The position numbers were made by a program, and so were the translations under genes. From Lama guanicoe (Eukaryota), in assembly GCA_013239625.1 (NCBI GenBank), contig MU054187.1, positions 14,418,974 to 14,482,973 of the forward strand: DNA of 64,000 nucleotides, written 5' to 3'. Positions 1-14,100 of the stretch are shown piece after piece. Position 1 is the first letter of the stretch. The number at the start of each line of letters is the position of its first letter. Below the pieces are notes generated by a model. That model searched no databases. It worked only from the letters and a program-made list of their open reading frames with translations, and was not told the DNA's origin.

Positions 1-772
1 CTTATAAACTTTAGGGGGGGAGTCGGTTTCTGTTGGAGTAAAAGCAACAGTCAGCTGCCTTTCCAAAGATGTCTGAAGACAAAAGGACAAAACAGAAAAT
101 ATATAAAAAGAAAGAAAAAAATACTCCTAAGAGAGGGAAAATCACTACTAGGGGTAACACTGAAAATAAAAGTGGACTATTATTTGGTGACCTGAACAAA
201 GAAAATCTTTCAACAGCATACTCTACACACGCTATACTCTCTCAGGCGATCCTGAAGCTCATTCCAAGTTCCCTGTAATTAATGAGACCTCCAGAAACCT
301 TTTATATTCATGCGAGTCAAGAGAAGAAAGCAACCTACAGTGAGAGATAATGGTTTAAAGAAGACTTGATAGCTTCCTGCAAGCTACGAGCAGGTAGAGT
401 AACTTACTTAAAACAGAAGTGATCATTTCATCAGGGTTCTTCAATAGTACGTATGTCCCAAGAACTCTTGGGACAAAACTGTGAATGAACCACTCTCATT
501 TTCTCTTTAGTATCTGTGTAAATATTTTAGTATTTTACGTTGTGTCCCAAAACATTCGTAAGTGTTTGCTGCCAAAAATCAACACAAGGCATCCTTCCCC
601 CTTCTTCCCCTCTACTCCACAGGAAACTTAAGGATCACCTAGACTGTGTACTGTTAAGTGTACAGAGTGTCTGAATTTTTCACAACGACAGTTTTAAGGG
701 CACATCGTTTAGGAGTAAGTGACAAAGCACCGGGTAGGAGCCTGGCTGTGCTTTCTCTCCCACAGCCCACTT

Positions 773-786
773 CTGCCACCTAGTGG
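773..786 (-). promoter_or_regulatory. CTCF core motif CCACTAGGTGGCAG
   Basis: ctgccacctagtgg on + matches the CTCF core consensus CCASYAGRKGGCRS at every position. Confidence 0.6.
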
Positions 787-1917
787 GGGAGGCAGTTTCA
801 TAGCTAGATTTGTGTTCTGCATGAGAATTGTCTCCTTCGTTGAAGATCTAAGAGCAAAAGTCAGCATCTTATTAGAATATGATCGTACACATTTTCCTTT
901 CATATTGGGAATTTTAGATAGAGTTTTTTTGGAATAACCTGAAGTAACTTCTCCAAGCTGATCTGTTCCACATCTATTGGTTTTCTTTCAAGCAGTTAGT
1001 TTTCACTACAACGATTAAGCTAGAGGATTCAAGGTCAACAAAACCTCCTTATATGAATATGTCACTTGTAATTTTAAAAACAAACAAACAAACAAACAAA
1101 CAAAAAACTTTGATCTTTTCCTGGTTTCCAATCGTTCTCCATTCCCTTACCTTGCGGGATTTTACAAGGTCTACGTTTTGGCTCATTCCTGTGTTTTATA
1201 CCTTTGTGGGGACTAAATATTTATCTTCATCTCTAATTTCTCATTATGGGTCTAGTCTCCAACTTTTGGTTATTTACTGAGTATCATCCCTGGAACTGAC
1301 ATTTAATGTGTCAAAACCCCAAGTCATCATCCTCCAAAAGAATTTAGCATGGGCTTTCCATTCTGAGCCGGTGTGGCAGGCTTCATCAGAGCCAGACTGC
1401 AGTTCAGGGTTAAAGATGGCAGAAAAAAAATTGTTTTTTAAGTACATAAAAATTATTGAAAGAAGTTAAGCAAAGGGAGCCATCAGAAGTCAGGATCAGT
1501 TTACTGGGCTTGGTGGGAAGAAACATGATGACCAAGAGTTTGGGTGGAGCAATAATAACGAACAGGAATTGAGGTCAGGAACATAGGAAATTTGAGGCAG
1601 GTTTGCAAAGCTTAAAACAAAGAAAGTTGGAAATAAGAGGCAAGAGAGTTTGGAGAAAGTATTAGAGCACAAATCCTCAGGCTTTGGGTAAATGCAAAGA
1701 TTGAGAGGGCTGAGCACCACCAGAGACGAAGTCCTGTGCCTAGAAGTATGTGGTGGAATTAGTTTTGCACCCAAATTTGTCCAAAGAGTAACCTCCCCTC
1801 CCACCCCCAATCCCTATGGAGTCTGCTGGAGAATTTCTTGAAGTTCCTGACCCAATTAAATGGTTGCTTACCAAACGTTTCATGATCATGATTGGCCTTA
1901 TAATCCTCTTGGTCTCT

Positions 1918-4900
1918 TTTTTTAAAACATCTTTATTGGGGTATAATTTATATACTACAAAGTTCATCTAGATTGAGTACTTTCAGTAAATTTAGAAAGT
2001 TACTGAAACATCACCATAATCTATTCTTAAAACATTTCTGTCCCTGTGAAATATTTCCCTGTGCCCATTTACCGTCAGTTCCTGCTCCCATTTCCAGCCC
2101 AAGGCTTCAGTGATCTGTTTTCTGTCTCTGTAGGCCATTTGCCTTTTTTGGAAGTTTCGTATAGATGAAATCATACAATATGTCATCTCTTGTGTCTGGT
2201 GTCTTTCAAATAGCGTGTTTTTGAGGTTCGTCTTTGTCATGATGTGTATCAGTTCATTTCTCCTTATTGCTAAATAGTATTCTATTGTCTGGATCAATCA
2301 CATTTTGTTTATCCATTCACCAGTTGGTGAGTATTCAAATTGTTCCCAGATTTTGGCCATTATGAATGCTGCTGCTATGAATATTCAAATACATGTCTTT
2401 GAGTAAACATTTGTTAATTTTTCTTGGGTAGATGTATGAGTGGAATTGCTGGATCATATAGTAAGTTTGTTTAACTTTAAAAAAAAACTGCCAAATTGTC
2501 TTCCAAAGTGGCTGTACAATTTTCTGTTTCCACCAGCAATCCGTGAATGTCTGTTTCTTCATATGCTTGCCAACATTTGTTACTGTCTGCCTTTTTCAGT
2601 ATAATTATCTTAGTGGGTATGAAGGGGTATCTTTTATTGTGGTCTTACTTTGTGTTCTCCTGATGGGTAATGAGGTCGAGCATCTTCTCAGGTGTTTTAT
2701 TAGTCAGTTGTATATTTTCTTTGATGAAGTGTCTGTACATATCATTTATTCATTTTAATTGCATCGCCTTATTATTATATTATAAGAGCTCTTTGTATAT
2801 TCTAGATACAAGTCACATTTCAGATATATGATTTAATATTTTCCTCTAGTTGGTGGCTTATCTTTTCATTTTCTTAATGGTGTCTTTTGAAGCACAAAAG
2901 TTTTAAGTTTTGATAAAGTCCAATATGCCAGTTTCCTCTTTTATGGACTGTGCTTTTGATGTTGAATCTAAGAAGTCTTTGCCTAACCCATGCTCATGGA
3001 AATTTCTCCTATGATTCTTTCAGAAGTTTTACAGTCTTAGTTTTTACTTTTAAACCTATTCTCTGTTTTAAGTTAATTTTTGTACATGGCTGAAGTAAGG
3101 ATCTAAAATCTTTTTTCCCCCCATATATTTAACTTTTCCAGTACCATTTGTTGAAAGGACTATCCTTTCTCCATTTAATTTCCTTGGTAGTTTTGTCGAA
3201 AATTGATTGAACATAAATATAAACATTCACTTCTGGGCTGTTCCTTTTGATTCTCTTCCCTTAACCTACACGTCTATCCTTATGACACTAACGTGAATAA
3301 TGTAGCTTTATAGTTAAATTTGAAATTGAGTAATGTAAGTTTTCCAATTTTTTTCTTCCTTTTCAAAAGTGTTTTAGCTATTCTGGGTTCTTTGCATTTC
3401 TGTATAAATTTTATAATCAACTTTTCAATTTCTACCGAAAAAAAAAAGCCTGCAGGAATTTTGTCAGCAATTGCGTTGAATCTATAGGTCAATCAGATGA
3501 AAACCTCCAACTTAACAGTAATGTCTTCTAATCCACGAACATGGACTGTCTCTCATATATTTAGATCTTTAATTTCTCATGCAATGTTTCTTAGGTTTCA
3601 ACGTATAAGTCTTAATGCTTCTTTACTTAAATTGATTCCTAAGCATTTTATTCTTTTTGATGCTATTGTGAATGAAATAGTTAAATTTGTTCTGAATTAT
3701 TTGTTTCTAGTATATAGAAATACAACTGAATTCTGTATATTGATTTAGACCCTGTAACTTTACTGAACTTGCTTTTAAGTCCTAGTAGGGTTTTTGTTTG
3801 TTTGTTTCTTAGGATTTTCTACATACAGGATCATGTATCTGCAAATAAAGGTAGTTTTGTTTCTTCCTTTCCAAGCTGCAAGTCTTTTGTTTTTCTCTCC
3901 CCTGCCCTCCTTATTGCACTGGCTACAATCTCTACTATAACGATGAGTAGAAATGGTGAAAGCAGGCTTTGTGCCAAAACCTTAGTGGAGAGTACTTCGT
4001 CTTTCACCATTAAGACGACGTTAGCTGTAGGTTTTTCATAGACGTCCTTTATCAAGCAAGGAGGTTCCCTTCTGTTCCTAGAAGGCTCAGAGTTTTTAAT
4101 TAGAAATGGGTGTTGGATTTTGTCAAATGTTTTTTCTGTGTTTCCAGAGATTATCTTGTGGTTTTTCTTCTTTATTAACAAGATTAAACAGCAACTGATT
4201 TTCTGACGTTAAATTAACCTTGATAATGTTTAATTCCTTTTTATATGCTTCTTGATGTTGTCCCACAGTTCGTGAGGCTCTGTTAGTATTTTTCATTCTT
4301 TTTTCTGTTATTCTGCTATCTGATCATTTCTTTTGATCTATCTTGAAGCCCAGGTGTTCTTTCTTCTGCTGTCTCAAATCTCTTGCTGAATTCAATCCCT
4401 CTACTGAATTTTTCATTTCAATTACTACTTTTTTAACTCTAGAATTTCTATTTGGCCTTAAAAATTTTAGCTCTTTATGGAGAGTCTCTATTTATTGAGT
4501 TATTTCACTATACTTTCCTTTAATTCTTTAAACATGGTTTCCTTTACTTCCCTGAACATACTTACTACAGCTGCTCTGCATTCTTTGTCTGCTGAGCCCA
4601 AAATGCTTTTTTCCCAGGGAATACTGGTTACCCTTCCCTTTCTTTGCATTGCTCGTAATTTTTCTTTAAACTAGAATTTTAGGTTCTATATTGTAGTAAC
4701 TCTGGGTTTTAATGTTTCTCCTCAGGATTGTTAGTGTTACGGTTTTCTTGCTTGTTTATTAATTTACCTAGATTAAATCTATGGAATCCATTTCCCCACA
4801 GCACATGACTGCTTGTGTCTCTTCTCAGTTTTTTTAAAAAAAATTATTTCCCCTTTTATTTTGAAACCTGGTTTCCTAGGGGTCACCCTTGTGTCTGTAT

Positions 4901-5500
4901 AACTTAGTGATCAGTCATTGCTGGACCGTGGTTGTGCTCAAACATCCTAAGCCAACACAGCTTCTACTCTTGACCAATGAATCTGTATTTGGGTTGGGGA
5001 GCACATTCAAAGTTCAGGCAGTTCCCACCCTCGCTTTTACTTACTGCCAGGCCCTCTTGCATCTCCTCTGTATATGTGCAGAATTTCACAGTCAGCCAGG
5101 GATGTGTAGATAGCTTGAGCTCTCTCTGGTCTCTTCTGCATGTGTATGGAGCCTTTTGATCAGCTGTATTGAGTTTATCAAGGCTCCTTCTTGGTATATC
5201 ACTTTCTGAGTCTCCCTGGTAAATTTCTGGCTAGTCTGTTTGTCCACTGTTGATCCCAACCAAGACGGTCAGCTCAGGCTCACCGACTGCTGAACTGGCC
5301 TATCCTACTTGTTTGCCACGAAGGTGCCTACTGTTACTCACAGTGCCACTGGGAATGGGGTTTCCACATTCCACTTCAAATCAAGGAAGGCCACTCCTTC
5401 AGTGAAATTGCTGGTTTTCATGGCTCTCCTTGACCTTGCAGAACTAATGTGCTGACTGAGTCTGGAGGTGGCGAATGAAATCGGCTACAGGCAGGGACAC
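1918..5500 (-). mobile_element. Old L1 (L1M-type): 3' end, decayed ORF2, then 5'/ORF1 remnants
   Basis: Minus-strand ORF fragments resemble L1 ORF2 (IEYYLAIRRNE, VQPLWKTIW, YRFNAI..KIPAGFF, FDKIQHPFLIK, KLPLFAD). T-rich tail near 1918. Boundary beyond about 4230 is uncertain. Confidence 0.85.
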
Positions 5501-6220
5501 CACAGACTTCTACCTTTCTTTACCTTCTTGCCCAGCTCTCACTCTGCCATGTTGGTAGCCTGCCTTTAAAGCTGTTTTTAATTGCTCTGTTTCTTTCCAC
5601 GGTACTCAGTTGGTCACTAAGTTCTGCTGATTTTTTCTCTGCAAGGCTGTTTTCCTTGCCATTTTTAGAGTCAACCCATCAGGGTAACCAGCTCCCATTC
5701 ATTCCTGAATTACAATGACAGAAGCCTTCATCAGTCACTTCTGCATCTGGCTACTAGACTGATCTTACAGACACCAGTATAATCATATCCTTTGCTCCTG
5801 ACTGAAGCATTGTTCTTTGCTGCAGAGAACATAAAATTTATTCTGCTCAATCTAGCTGTCAAAAATGTACTCAACTGTCTTGATCTTACGCAACAACATT
5901 TATTCCTGGAGTTCCCACAAAGTTGAGTTTTTCTTCCCCCACATATTCCTTACCAACTTCCATGCTTCTATTTTCTCTCATGCTGTTTCCCCTATATAGA
6001 AAGCCATTATAATTTGTCTTTCAATTTATAGTCCGTCAACTCCTAAAAGAAGCTTAATAAGGTAAATTCTTCTGCCCTTGATCATTTCCATACTCCAAAG
6101 TCATTTCAATATTCACATATGCATGTATGGATTTCTAAAACATTTCTGACACTACATCATGTTGCTTTGAAATGAGTCCTCAATTGTTTTTGTATATGTT
6201 TTGTTGTTTCTCCAACTTTT

Positions 6221-6304
6221 TTCCTTTTAAATACTTTATTATTTAGAGCAGTTTTAGATTTACAGTAAAACTGAGCAAAAAGTACAGACAGTTTCCATAT
6301 ACCA
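6221..6304 (-). mobile_element. Short L1 3'-end fragment with TSD
   Basis: tttagagcagttttagatttacag...agtacagacagtttccatatacc, flanked by tctccaactttt (6209-6220) and tctctaactttt (6305-6316). Confidence 0.7.
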
Positions 6305-7079
6305 TCTCTAACTTTTGATTACACTCAATATGAGAGCTTTCCTTATTTACAAAATAGGAAATACTTCTTTAGCATCTAGTACAGTGGTAGAGATACAGCT
6401 GGTGTTTAGTACATGACTGCTGAATGAATAAACTAAAATGCTTCTTAATTTCCTATGAACGTTTTCAAAAATCTTTTAAGGGAAATGATCACTTTAGTAT
6501 GTTTTCCCCATCTCCCTGCCTTCTTGAAGAACTTAACTCTTATGTATACCTCTGGAAGCGGAGATGATACTAAAAATATTTAATAATTAGTGTGGCATAG
6601 ACATCAACCAAAAGAATCAGACAACAAAACAGTCCTGAAAACTCCTGATGGCTCAGGAAATGATCCATTAGTTCCTAGATTGTGGGGAGGTCCCAGGGGC
6701 CCTGGACATGAGGCCATGAAAACGAGGGATGAAACATGGGGCAGAAACTATCTGCCAAATGATATGAAAGGATTTAAACAGTTTAACAACTGGTACAACC
6801 ATATCAGGGGAACAGACTGAATTTCAGTGCTGCCAACAAGGAAATTGATATCTGGATTTTATAATGACTACAGAATACAGTATCTGTAAAATGAACCTTT
6901 GCCACTCATGATCAGTTTTGGATTTGGAAAGCAATATGAGAACAATGAGTTTCAGAAATGGAAGGTGCAACTCCCAGACTCCCTTTGTCCTAAGAAGTCT
7001 TTCTGTAGACATGTGACCTGGGCTTCACCAATCAGATGCATCCACATAAGCTTTGGTTCAAGAACGAGCCACAATAGCC

Positions 7080-7453
7080 AAGAGAAATGAAAACTTACAT
7101 CCACACAAAAACTGCTATGTACACAAATGTTCATAGCAGCCTTATTCACAATTAGCCAATGAGTGGAAACAACCCAAAAGTCCACCAACTGATGACTGGA
7201 TAAACAAAATGTGGTCTTATCCATGAAATGGAATATTACAAGCCATAAAAAGAAACGAGGTACTGATACAGGCCACAACATGAATGAACCTTGAAACGTC
7301 CATGTAGTACGTTTCACTTTGTAAATGTTATACAAAGTCAAAGAAGCCAGACACAAAAGACCACATACTATGGGATTCTATTTATCTGAAATGTCTATAG
7401 TAGGCAAATCCATAGAGACAGAAAGTAGATCAGTGGTTGCCTAGGGCCGTGTG

Positions 7454-7485
<32 letters not shown>

Positions 7486-7635
7486 GAGGCGGGGCGGATT
7501 GAGAGGAAATGGGGGGTGATTGCTAGAGCACTACAAGATTTCTTTTGGGGGTGATGAAAATATTCTAAAATCGACTGAGGTGATGGCTTTGCAACTCTGT
7601 GAATGTATTAAAATCCATTGAATTGTAAAAAAAAA
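7080..7635 (+). mobile_element. L1MB-like 3' end containing a (GT)n tract
   Basis: atgttcatagcagc..., atggaatatt..., aagaagccagacacaaaag, gtgaatgtattaaaatccattgaattgt; GT repeat at about 7455-7484. Confidence 0.8.
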
Positions 7636-7875
7636 AGAAAGGAAGGGAAGGAGGGAGGGAAAGAGAGAGAGAGAAAGAGAAAAGGAAGGAAGGAAGGGAG
7701 AAAGGAAGAAAGGAAAGAAAGAAAGAGAGAGAGTGAGAGAGGGAGGGAGGGAAGGAGGAAGGAAGGAAGGAAGAGAGAGAGAAAGAAAGAAAGAAACAAA
7801 GGAAGGAAGAAAGGAAGAAAGAAAGGAAGGAGGGAAGGAAGGAAGGAAGGGAAGGAAGGAAGGGAGAAAGGAAAT
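7627..7875 (+). repeat. Polypurine (GAAG/GAAA/GA)n low-complexity tract
   Basis: About 250 nt almost entirely A and G, continuing from the L1 tail. Confidence 0.95.
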
Positions 7876-10044
7876 GCAAGGTGCAGACAAGAACAGAAAA
7901 TGGCCAGAAGCCATTGCAAGGCTCAGTTAGGCAGTATAAGATCAGCGAGAACAAAAGGACCAGCAGGCCAGGGCAAACACACGCGGCAGAGCCTAGGGAA
8001 GCAAGCAGGAGCCAGGGCTCAAGGCAAGAAGATGGTAAGGAAACGCTAAGTAAGGACTGCAGCAAACAGCTGTCTAGGAAGCAGAAATGTATCAGCAACA
8101 AGGAGACTAACAGCCAGGTGACTCTGTCCCTGGGCTGGAGATTTTCTTACTCCGTGCTTCCTACTATGGCAAGAACCTACGTAAAGGCAGGACCTCTCTC
8201 TAGGTATGAGGCTGGGTGACCCAGCTCTGAGGCCTATCAGCATATCAGTCATTTAGAGTGGGAAATATCAGCGTGGGTCTTGCCCCAGTGATGATACTTC
8301 TTACCAGAAGGGACCAGGTTTGCTGGTAGCACATCCCTGTACAGCCTATGAAGGGCAATAGGGATATTTTAAAATCACTATGTTGGCCCCTTATTATTTA
8401 ATTTCACATATGTTAAATATTTGGGGGTTTAAAGATGTCTTTATATTCCTTCCATCAGAAGATGCAAAAAAGGAGCCAATTAACCAAAGAGTATTTAAAG
8501 AAAAAAATAAAATGGGATCTGAAAAAGGCATTAACCACCAAGCTAGAAACAAAGAGACCAGGTCAAATAACTATCAGCAATGAAAGAATAAAATAGAAAA
8601 TTCTGAAAAATAGCCAGCAACTGGTTTGCCTAAAAAGGAATTTTGGAAATGAGGAGAGGCATGACTTAATCGAAGGTGTACTGCTAAGAGAGAAGGTTAC
8701 TGTTTTTTTGGTTTTAAATAGTGCAGTAAATCATACATAACACCATAATCTGAGTTTACGAGGAAGGTAATACTCTCTAGGTTATAAAAGAGAGCCCCAG
8801 TAGGCAATCATGCTCTCAAATCTGTGACCTAGGGAACTATATTCTATTGATCGTCACTTTTAAAAAGTCTATTTAGGCAACAGTTTTCCACTATAACTTT
8901 CAGATCCATTTAGCCAATTATATGCATATGGTATTTATTGGCTCAATAATGTATCTGGTTATGATTCATTAGTATGAACTGTTAACAGAAAGGTTTTTTA
9001 GGCTATTTCCCCAGTGATCTTCAAATCAACATCCAATATACAGACCTACAGAATGGCAGGAATATTAAATTCCTATTTAAATAATTTGAAATTAGAACAC
9101 TGAATTAAAAATTAAGGAACTACTGACATGAAACATGCTTGCAGATCCAAACCTGAACAAAATTTATTCGAGAGAAAATCTAGAAAACACCCTTGGGCTC
9201 TATTTATACTTTGATTTATCCCCTATGAGATCATGAACATGAAATTATCTTCAAAGAGACAGTCTGTTGTGAAACACTGAGCCACAGGTCAGGTGAGGTA
9301 CAGAGCAAATGACCACACTGAAAATCGTCTTCAGTGTAGATGGGAAAAGTCATGTTTCGTAAAATCTAAAATCGCACACTTTCTGTTCATTAAAATAGCT
9401 GTCATTCATCACTTCGGGAAAGAAAAGCAGGAGAACCAAAGCAGTAAGGTCAAGTCGTGGGTTTTGACTATGGTCCAAAATCACTTTATAGGTTAAGTTA
9501 ATAAGTCACTTGTGTGCACAATATCACTGCATATATATAACCTCTTAGAAATGTGGTCATGCTGCACTAAGCGTAAGTGAAATTATGAGTCAGTTATAAA
9601 ATACATAATATTCAATCTTCCCAACTACCTTCCCCTATCACTCACTGTTGGTTCTGGAAACTGCTTATGTATCTGAAATGAAGAAGTAAAAGATCACTAT
9701 GGAAACAACAGAATATCCCCTATTACTCAAAAAAAAAATGCAGCTATGAAGTGTTCTAAATGGGATTTCAAAAAGAAGACAAGAGTAACCTTTGCTCCAG
9801 GCAAACTTTCTTTCAATGCTTTGATGAACATTGATGAAGAAAGACAATTATTTTTCCCTTACAGAATGAAATTGGTTTCTATTGTAGAGTAAACAAATCC
9901 AAAATTCACAGTCAAATCTGTGTTATATAACATGGGAAATATTTCCACAAAATTGGCTTCTTTCGGAAAGAGAATGAACTCTGAGTGACATGTAACATTT
10001 GACACAAAACTCAAAAGGTGCACGCCTAATGCTTCTTCCTTCTA

Positions 10045-10345
10045 GCTCAGGAATCAGATCAGCAAACTTTCTGTGTCAAAGGGCAGACAGTAAATATTTC
10101 AGGCGTCGCAGGCAGTAAAGTCTCTGTTGTAATTACTCATTTCTTCTGTTGTGTGGAAGTAGCCATAGACAATCCCTGAACATGTGGGCATGACTGTGTT
10201 CCAAGAAAACTTTCCTCAGGGGCACTAAAATTTCAATTCCATATAATTTTCCTACGTCATGAAATATTATTCTTCTTTTGATTTTTTCCCAACCATTTCA
10301 AAATCTAAAAGCCATTCAGGAGTAGACTGGATTTGGCCCACGATG
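10045..10345. mobile_element. MER58-like hAT-Charlie DNA transposon remnant
   Basis: tcagcaaactttctgt..aagggcagacagtaaatattt...ctggatttggccca termini. Confidence 0.65.
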
Positions 10346-12064
10346 ATTCCTGTTCTAGTCCACTGAGTAATAACTAGCCGGTGGTGAGACATCATTCCTG
10401 GTGACTTTCCCTCCTGAAGTATTTTTTTGAAGGCATGACTAAATTTGTAACTGTGTGTGGTGATGGATGTTTACTAAACTTGTCACTGATCATTCTGCAA
10501 TATATACATATATGAAATCATTATGTCTGTCTACCTAAAACTAATCTAATGTTGTATTTCAATTTTACCTCAGTTAAGAAACAGCTAAAAAGCAAAAACC
10601 AGAAAATGCTATGTGAACTACTGGACTAATTCCTGAAATATAAAATGTAAAAAAAAAAAAAGATATGATTGAGTTCCTTAACTATAAAATATATTTGTGT
10701 AAAATGGGAATTTCATACAATAAAATGAAAAGTCATCAGAAGCAATTTTAGTCCTACAGTCATGGGATAAGTTTCAGATAGAAGAAATATTCTGAAACAC
10801 AAAAATCAACAAATATGAAAGCACTTTCCCAAAACAAACATTAAGATTGATGTGTCTATTTACTACCTCTCTTAGCATCCGAGTTCATAAAAAGTTAACA
10901 AAAACCAGCTGGCAGCTCCAGAACCCCCTAGAAGCTGCCAGTGGCAGTGGTCATGCTCTCTCTTTCAACAGTCTATGGCCCTCAGCACTGTGGCTTCAGA
11001 GTGGAGCAAGTGAAACAGTAAGGTTCAAACTGTAACACTGAATCTCTGTAACACAAAGAATGCCACCGCCCTACTGCACGTACCTCTAGGATAATGACAT
11101 GAGGTCTGTTACTACGCAGAGTCACTGCAATGTGTCCTCTATGTTAATAAACAGCTTTATTTGTCTTGGGTAATTTTGCTCAAACCTATGAAGCCCGTGC
11201 CTCTTTATATTCTCAGGGATGTAGTCCCAAATGACACTATTCAGTGACTACTGACTTACACACTACACTGGGAAATGCTAGAATCAGGAGAGAGCCCTGG
11301 AACCTGAGAAAAGTAAGTTAGACACTGAGAAGGATGTACTCATATACAAGACAGGTCAGAAAAATTCAGAGTTACAAACAGGTCGGTAAAGAAATTAACG
11401 GAGATATGTGATGGATTTCTAATGACAGTCACATGTATTCAGAGCATGTAAATACTCTGAGGTCAACATTTGGAAGTCCTCAGGATGCTTTCAGAAAAGC
11501 CATCTAAAGCCATCACCAGAGAAAGCATCCTGGGCCAAACATTTTGCTTCTCTCACAAATTCTATCACATCAATTCTACCTAATACAAGTCATTCTCATT
11601 TTTCTTAGAAATTCAATTTACTTCCATCCTATAAACATGTATGCAGTGACTCCCAAGAGCCAGAGCACAGACACAGAGGATATCAAGACAAAGAAGACAC
11701 CGCCCTGACCTCACTGAAGTCGCTGCCCAGTGGAGGAGGCCGATGTGAAAACCAGTGATGGGAAAGCAGTTTGGTAAGTCTAACAGCAGGGTGATGCACA
11801 AAGGTGGTTTGGGGAAGGCTTACTGACTGGAGTGACATTTGGTTGGATCTGATGGATACAACAACGAAAGTTCCTCTTATCATCAAGAGGAGAACGGACC
11901 AGGCAGAGGGAAGAGTGTGGAGAAAGACAGATGCAAGAGAGCATGAGACGTGGGAACTCAATTCTGCCGGGGCATGGAGTGTGGGTATAAGTTAGGCACA
12001 GGGTGAATGGTCAAGGATGAGACCCGAGACATAGGCAGGGACCAAGCCGTAATGCCCTTGGAGT

Positions 12065-12290
12065 TCACCCTGTCCAACACACACACTTGAAATGTGGCTA
12101 GTCCAAGATGAGACGTATGAAAAAAAGATAACATATCTCAGTATTTTAAAGAGTTGATTGCTGGTTGAAATGATACTTTAGATACATTGGGCTAAATAAA
12201 ATACATTGCTAAGATTAAATTTACCAGTTTCTTTTTACTTTTTAAATGGGTCTACTAGAAAATTTAAAATTATTTATGTGGCATTTTATC
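12065..12290. mobile_element. MER3/MER33-like DNA transposon remnant
   Basis: ctgtccaa...cacttgaaatgtggctagt...ctagaaaatttaaaatta..tatgtggc. Confidence 0.55.
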
Positions 12291-12295
12291 CCTTA

Positions 12296-12778
12296 TGTAG
12301 CAGTCCTTGTGGTGGATTCCTCGACAGCCACTTCACACCAAGCATTTAAACTAGTAGTGGTCTCTTTTCTCCTGCCCGTGGCTACATTAGACCATGGGCA
12401 TGTGACGACCCAACCCAGGCCTGAGCTGTGAAGGAAAGATGGCTGGAGGAGCTCTGGACACAGGTGTCTTTGCCCCTAAAGGGAGACAGCAGAAGATCCG
12501 ATCTCATGTTTTCTCTTAGATGTGGCTATGCTGCCTGTGACAGAGAACTCCTGGGGCCATCTTTCCATGACACAGAGGTTACAGCAGAGGATAGTAGAGT
12601 TAAGAAGTGAAATAACCTGACTCCCTGTTGACATTACTGAGCTGCTTCATCAATCAACCTTGGAGTTCACCCTTCCTCTGAACTTCCTGTTATGCGAGAT
12701 AACAAGGTTCCTTATTATTCGAGCCAACGTGAGTCAGGTTTCCTGTTACTTGTAGCCAAAAGCATCCTAGCTGATACA
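12296..12778 (+). mobile_element. MLT1-type MaLR LTR
   Basis: Characteristic 3' end ctgttacttgtagccaaaagcatcctagctgataca. Confidence 0.65.
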
Positions 12779-13309
12779 GTCCGTCAGACTAAAGAGCAAG
12801 GCAGTAGCGGCACTCTCATTGACGACCACCTAGCACTGCAGAAGCTCTGTACGCAGCCTAGGACCAATCGCTGTTGTGATAGCGTACATTTAGCCAGTAT
12901 GTGTGAAGGCTTTTCTCTTTTCATTTTAAATTACTATACGGCTGTAAGACGTTACGAAACAATTACTCAGGCAGAGAGACTTTTAATTAATCAGAAAAAG
13001 AACTATGAGCAGAATTTAATCAATCAAAAGTGGAAGAGAATACTCATAAGATTTGTAAATTGTTACCCTTAATGGGTGCCCTTTTGTTGAATTCTAGTCA
13101 AAGCACACACATCAGGAACAACTCACTTTGATTTTACCAGTCTGGACATAAACCCTTAGCGGTGATGCAGCAAATGAAGCAAATAAGCAAATGGTACAGC
13201 TTACACCTCACAGAGGTACCATGAGAATTAAACAGAGTAGCTTATGCTGAGCCTAGCACAGTATCTAGTACATGGTAAACACATTATATACAAATCTGGT
13301 CCTTATTCA

Positions 13310-13538
13310 GACTAGTGGTCATCAGTGTGGGGAGGGATAGGGGTAGGGGATGAAGAGGTACAAACTACTGGATATAAAATAAATAAGCTACAAGAATATA
13401 TTGTACACCGCAGGGAATATAGCCAATATCTTATAAAAACTATAAATGGAGTATAACCTTTAAAAATTACAAATCACTAGGCTGTACACCTGAAACCTAC
13501 ATGATACTGTAAATCAACTATACCTCATTAAAAAAATA
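13310..13538 (+). mobile_element. L1 3'-end fragment
   Basis: gaggtacaaactactg..tataaaataaataagctacaag...cacagggaatatagccaata-like...aatcaactatacctca, then A-tail. Confidence 0.8.
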
Positions 13539-13927
13539 AGTTTAATTCTCATTTCTTTTCTCTAGTGAAATTGTTGATTTTTAAAATTCTAAGTAAAGTG
13601 TTAAGTACGCATGGTCATGTATTTGATACCATAACCTCGCTTTGTGATGACTTGAGGTCAGATTACAGCAAACACTAATATACATGTTACACTTCACTGG
13701 CTAGTTAGTTCTTGGTTAGGTGGTTGACTTATTAGTTCATTCTTTTATTTATACAAAGCAGGCAGATCCAGAGCTAACCGAAACAAAGTAACGTAGGCAG
13801 TGAAAACACTATTCACCGGAAACTGAGCTAAGTATATTGACGACTCTATGCCTGCTGACCCAGGATTTGTGAAATTGGTGAGACTGACAATGCAGTCTGA
13901 ATGGAGATATATAAAAAGAAAATACAA

Positions 13928-14100
13928 GGGGGTAGGGTTGAGCTCAGTGAACTCATTCAGTGGTAGAATGAGTGCTTCGCATGCATGAGGTCCTGGGTTC
14001 AATCCCCAGTATGTCCGTTAAGATAAATTAATTAACAATAAACAAACAAACAAACAAACAGAATTACTTCCTACCTACAAAAAAAAGAAAGAAAATTCAA
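13928..14100 (+). mobile_element. Vic-1-type tRNA-derived SINE (camelid)
   Basis: ggggtagggttgagctcagtg...gcatgcatgaggtcctgggttcaatccccagta, with A box and B box and an (AAAC)n/A-rich tail. Confidence 0.8.

Noticed and set aside
7531..8101. Several 100-178 aa ORFs (K/E/R/G-rich or S/F/L/P-rich)
   Set aside because: Translations of the polypurine low-complexity tract, which lacks stop codons
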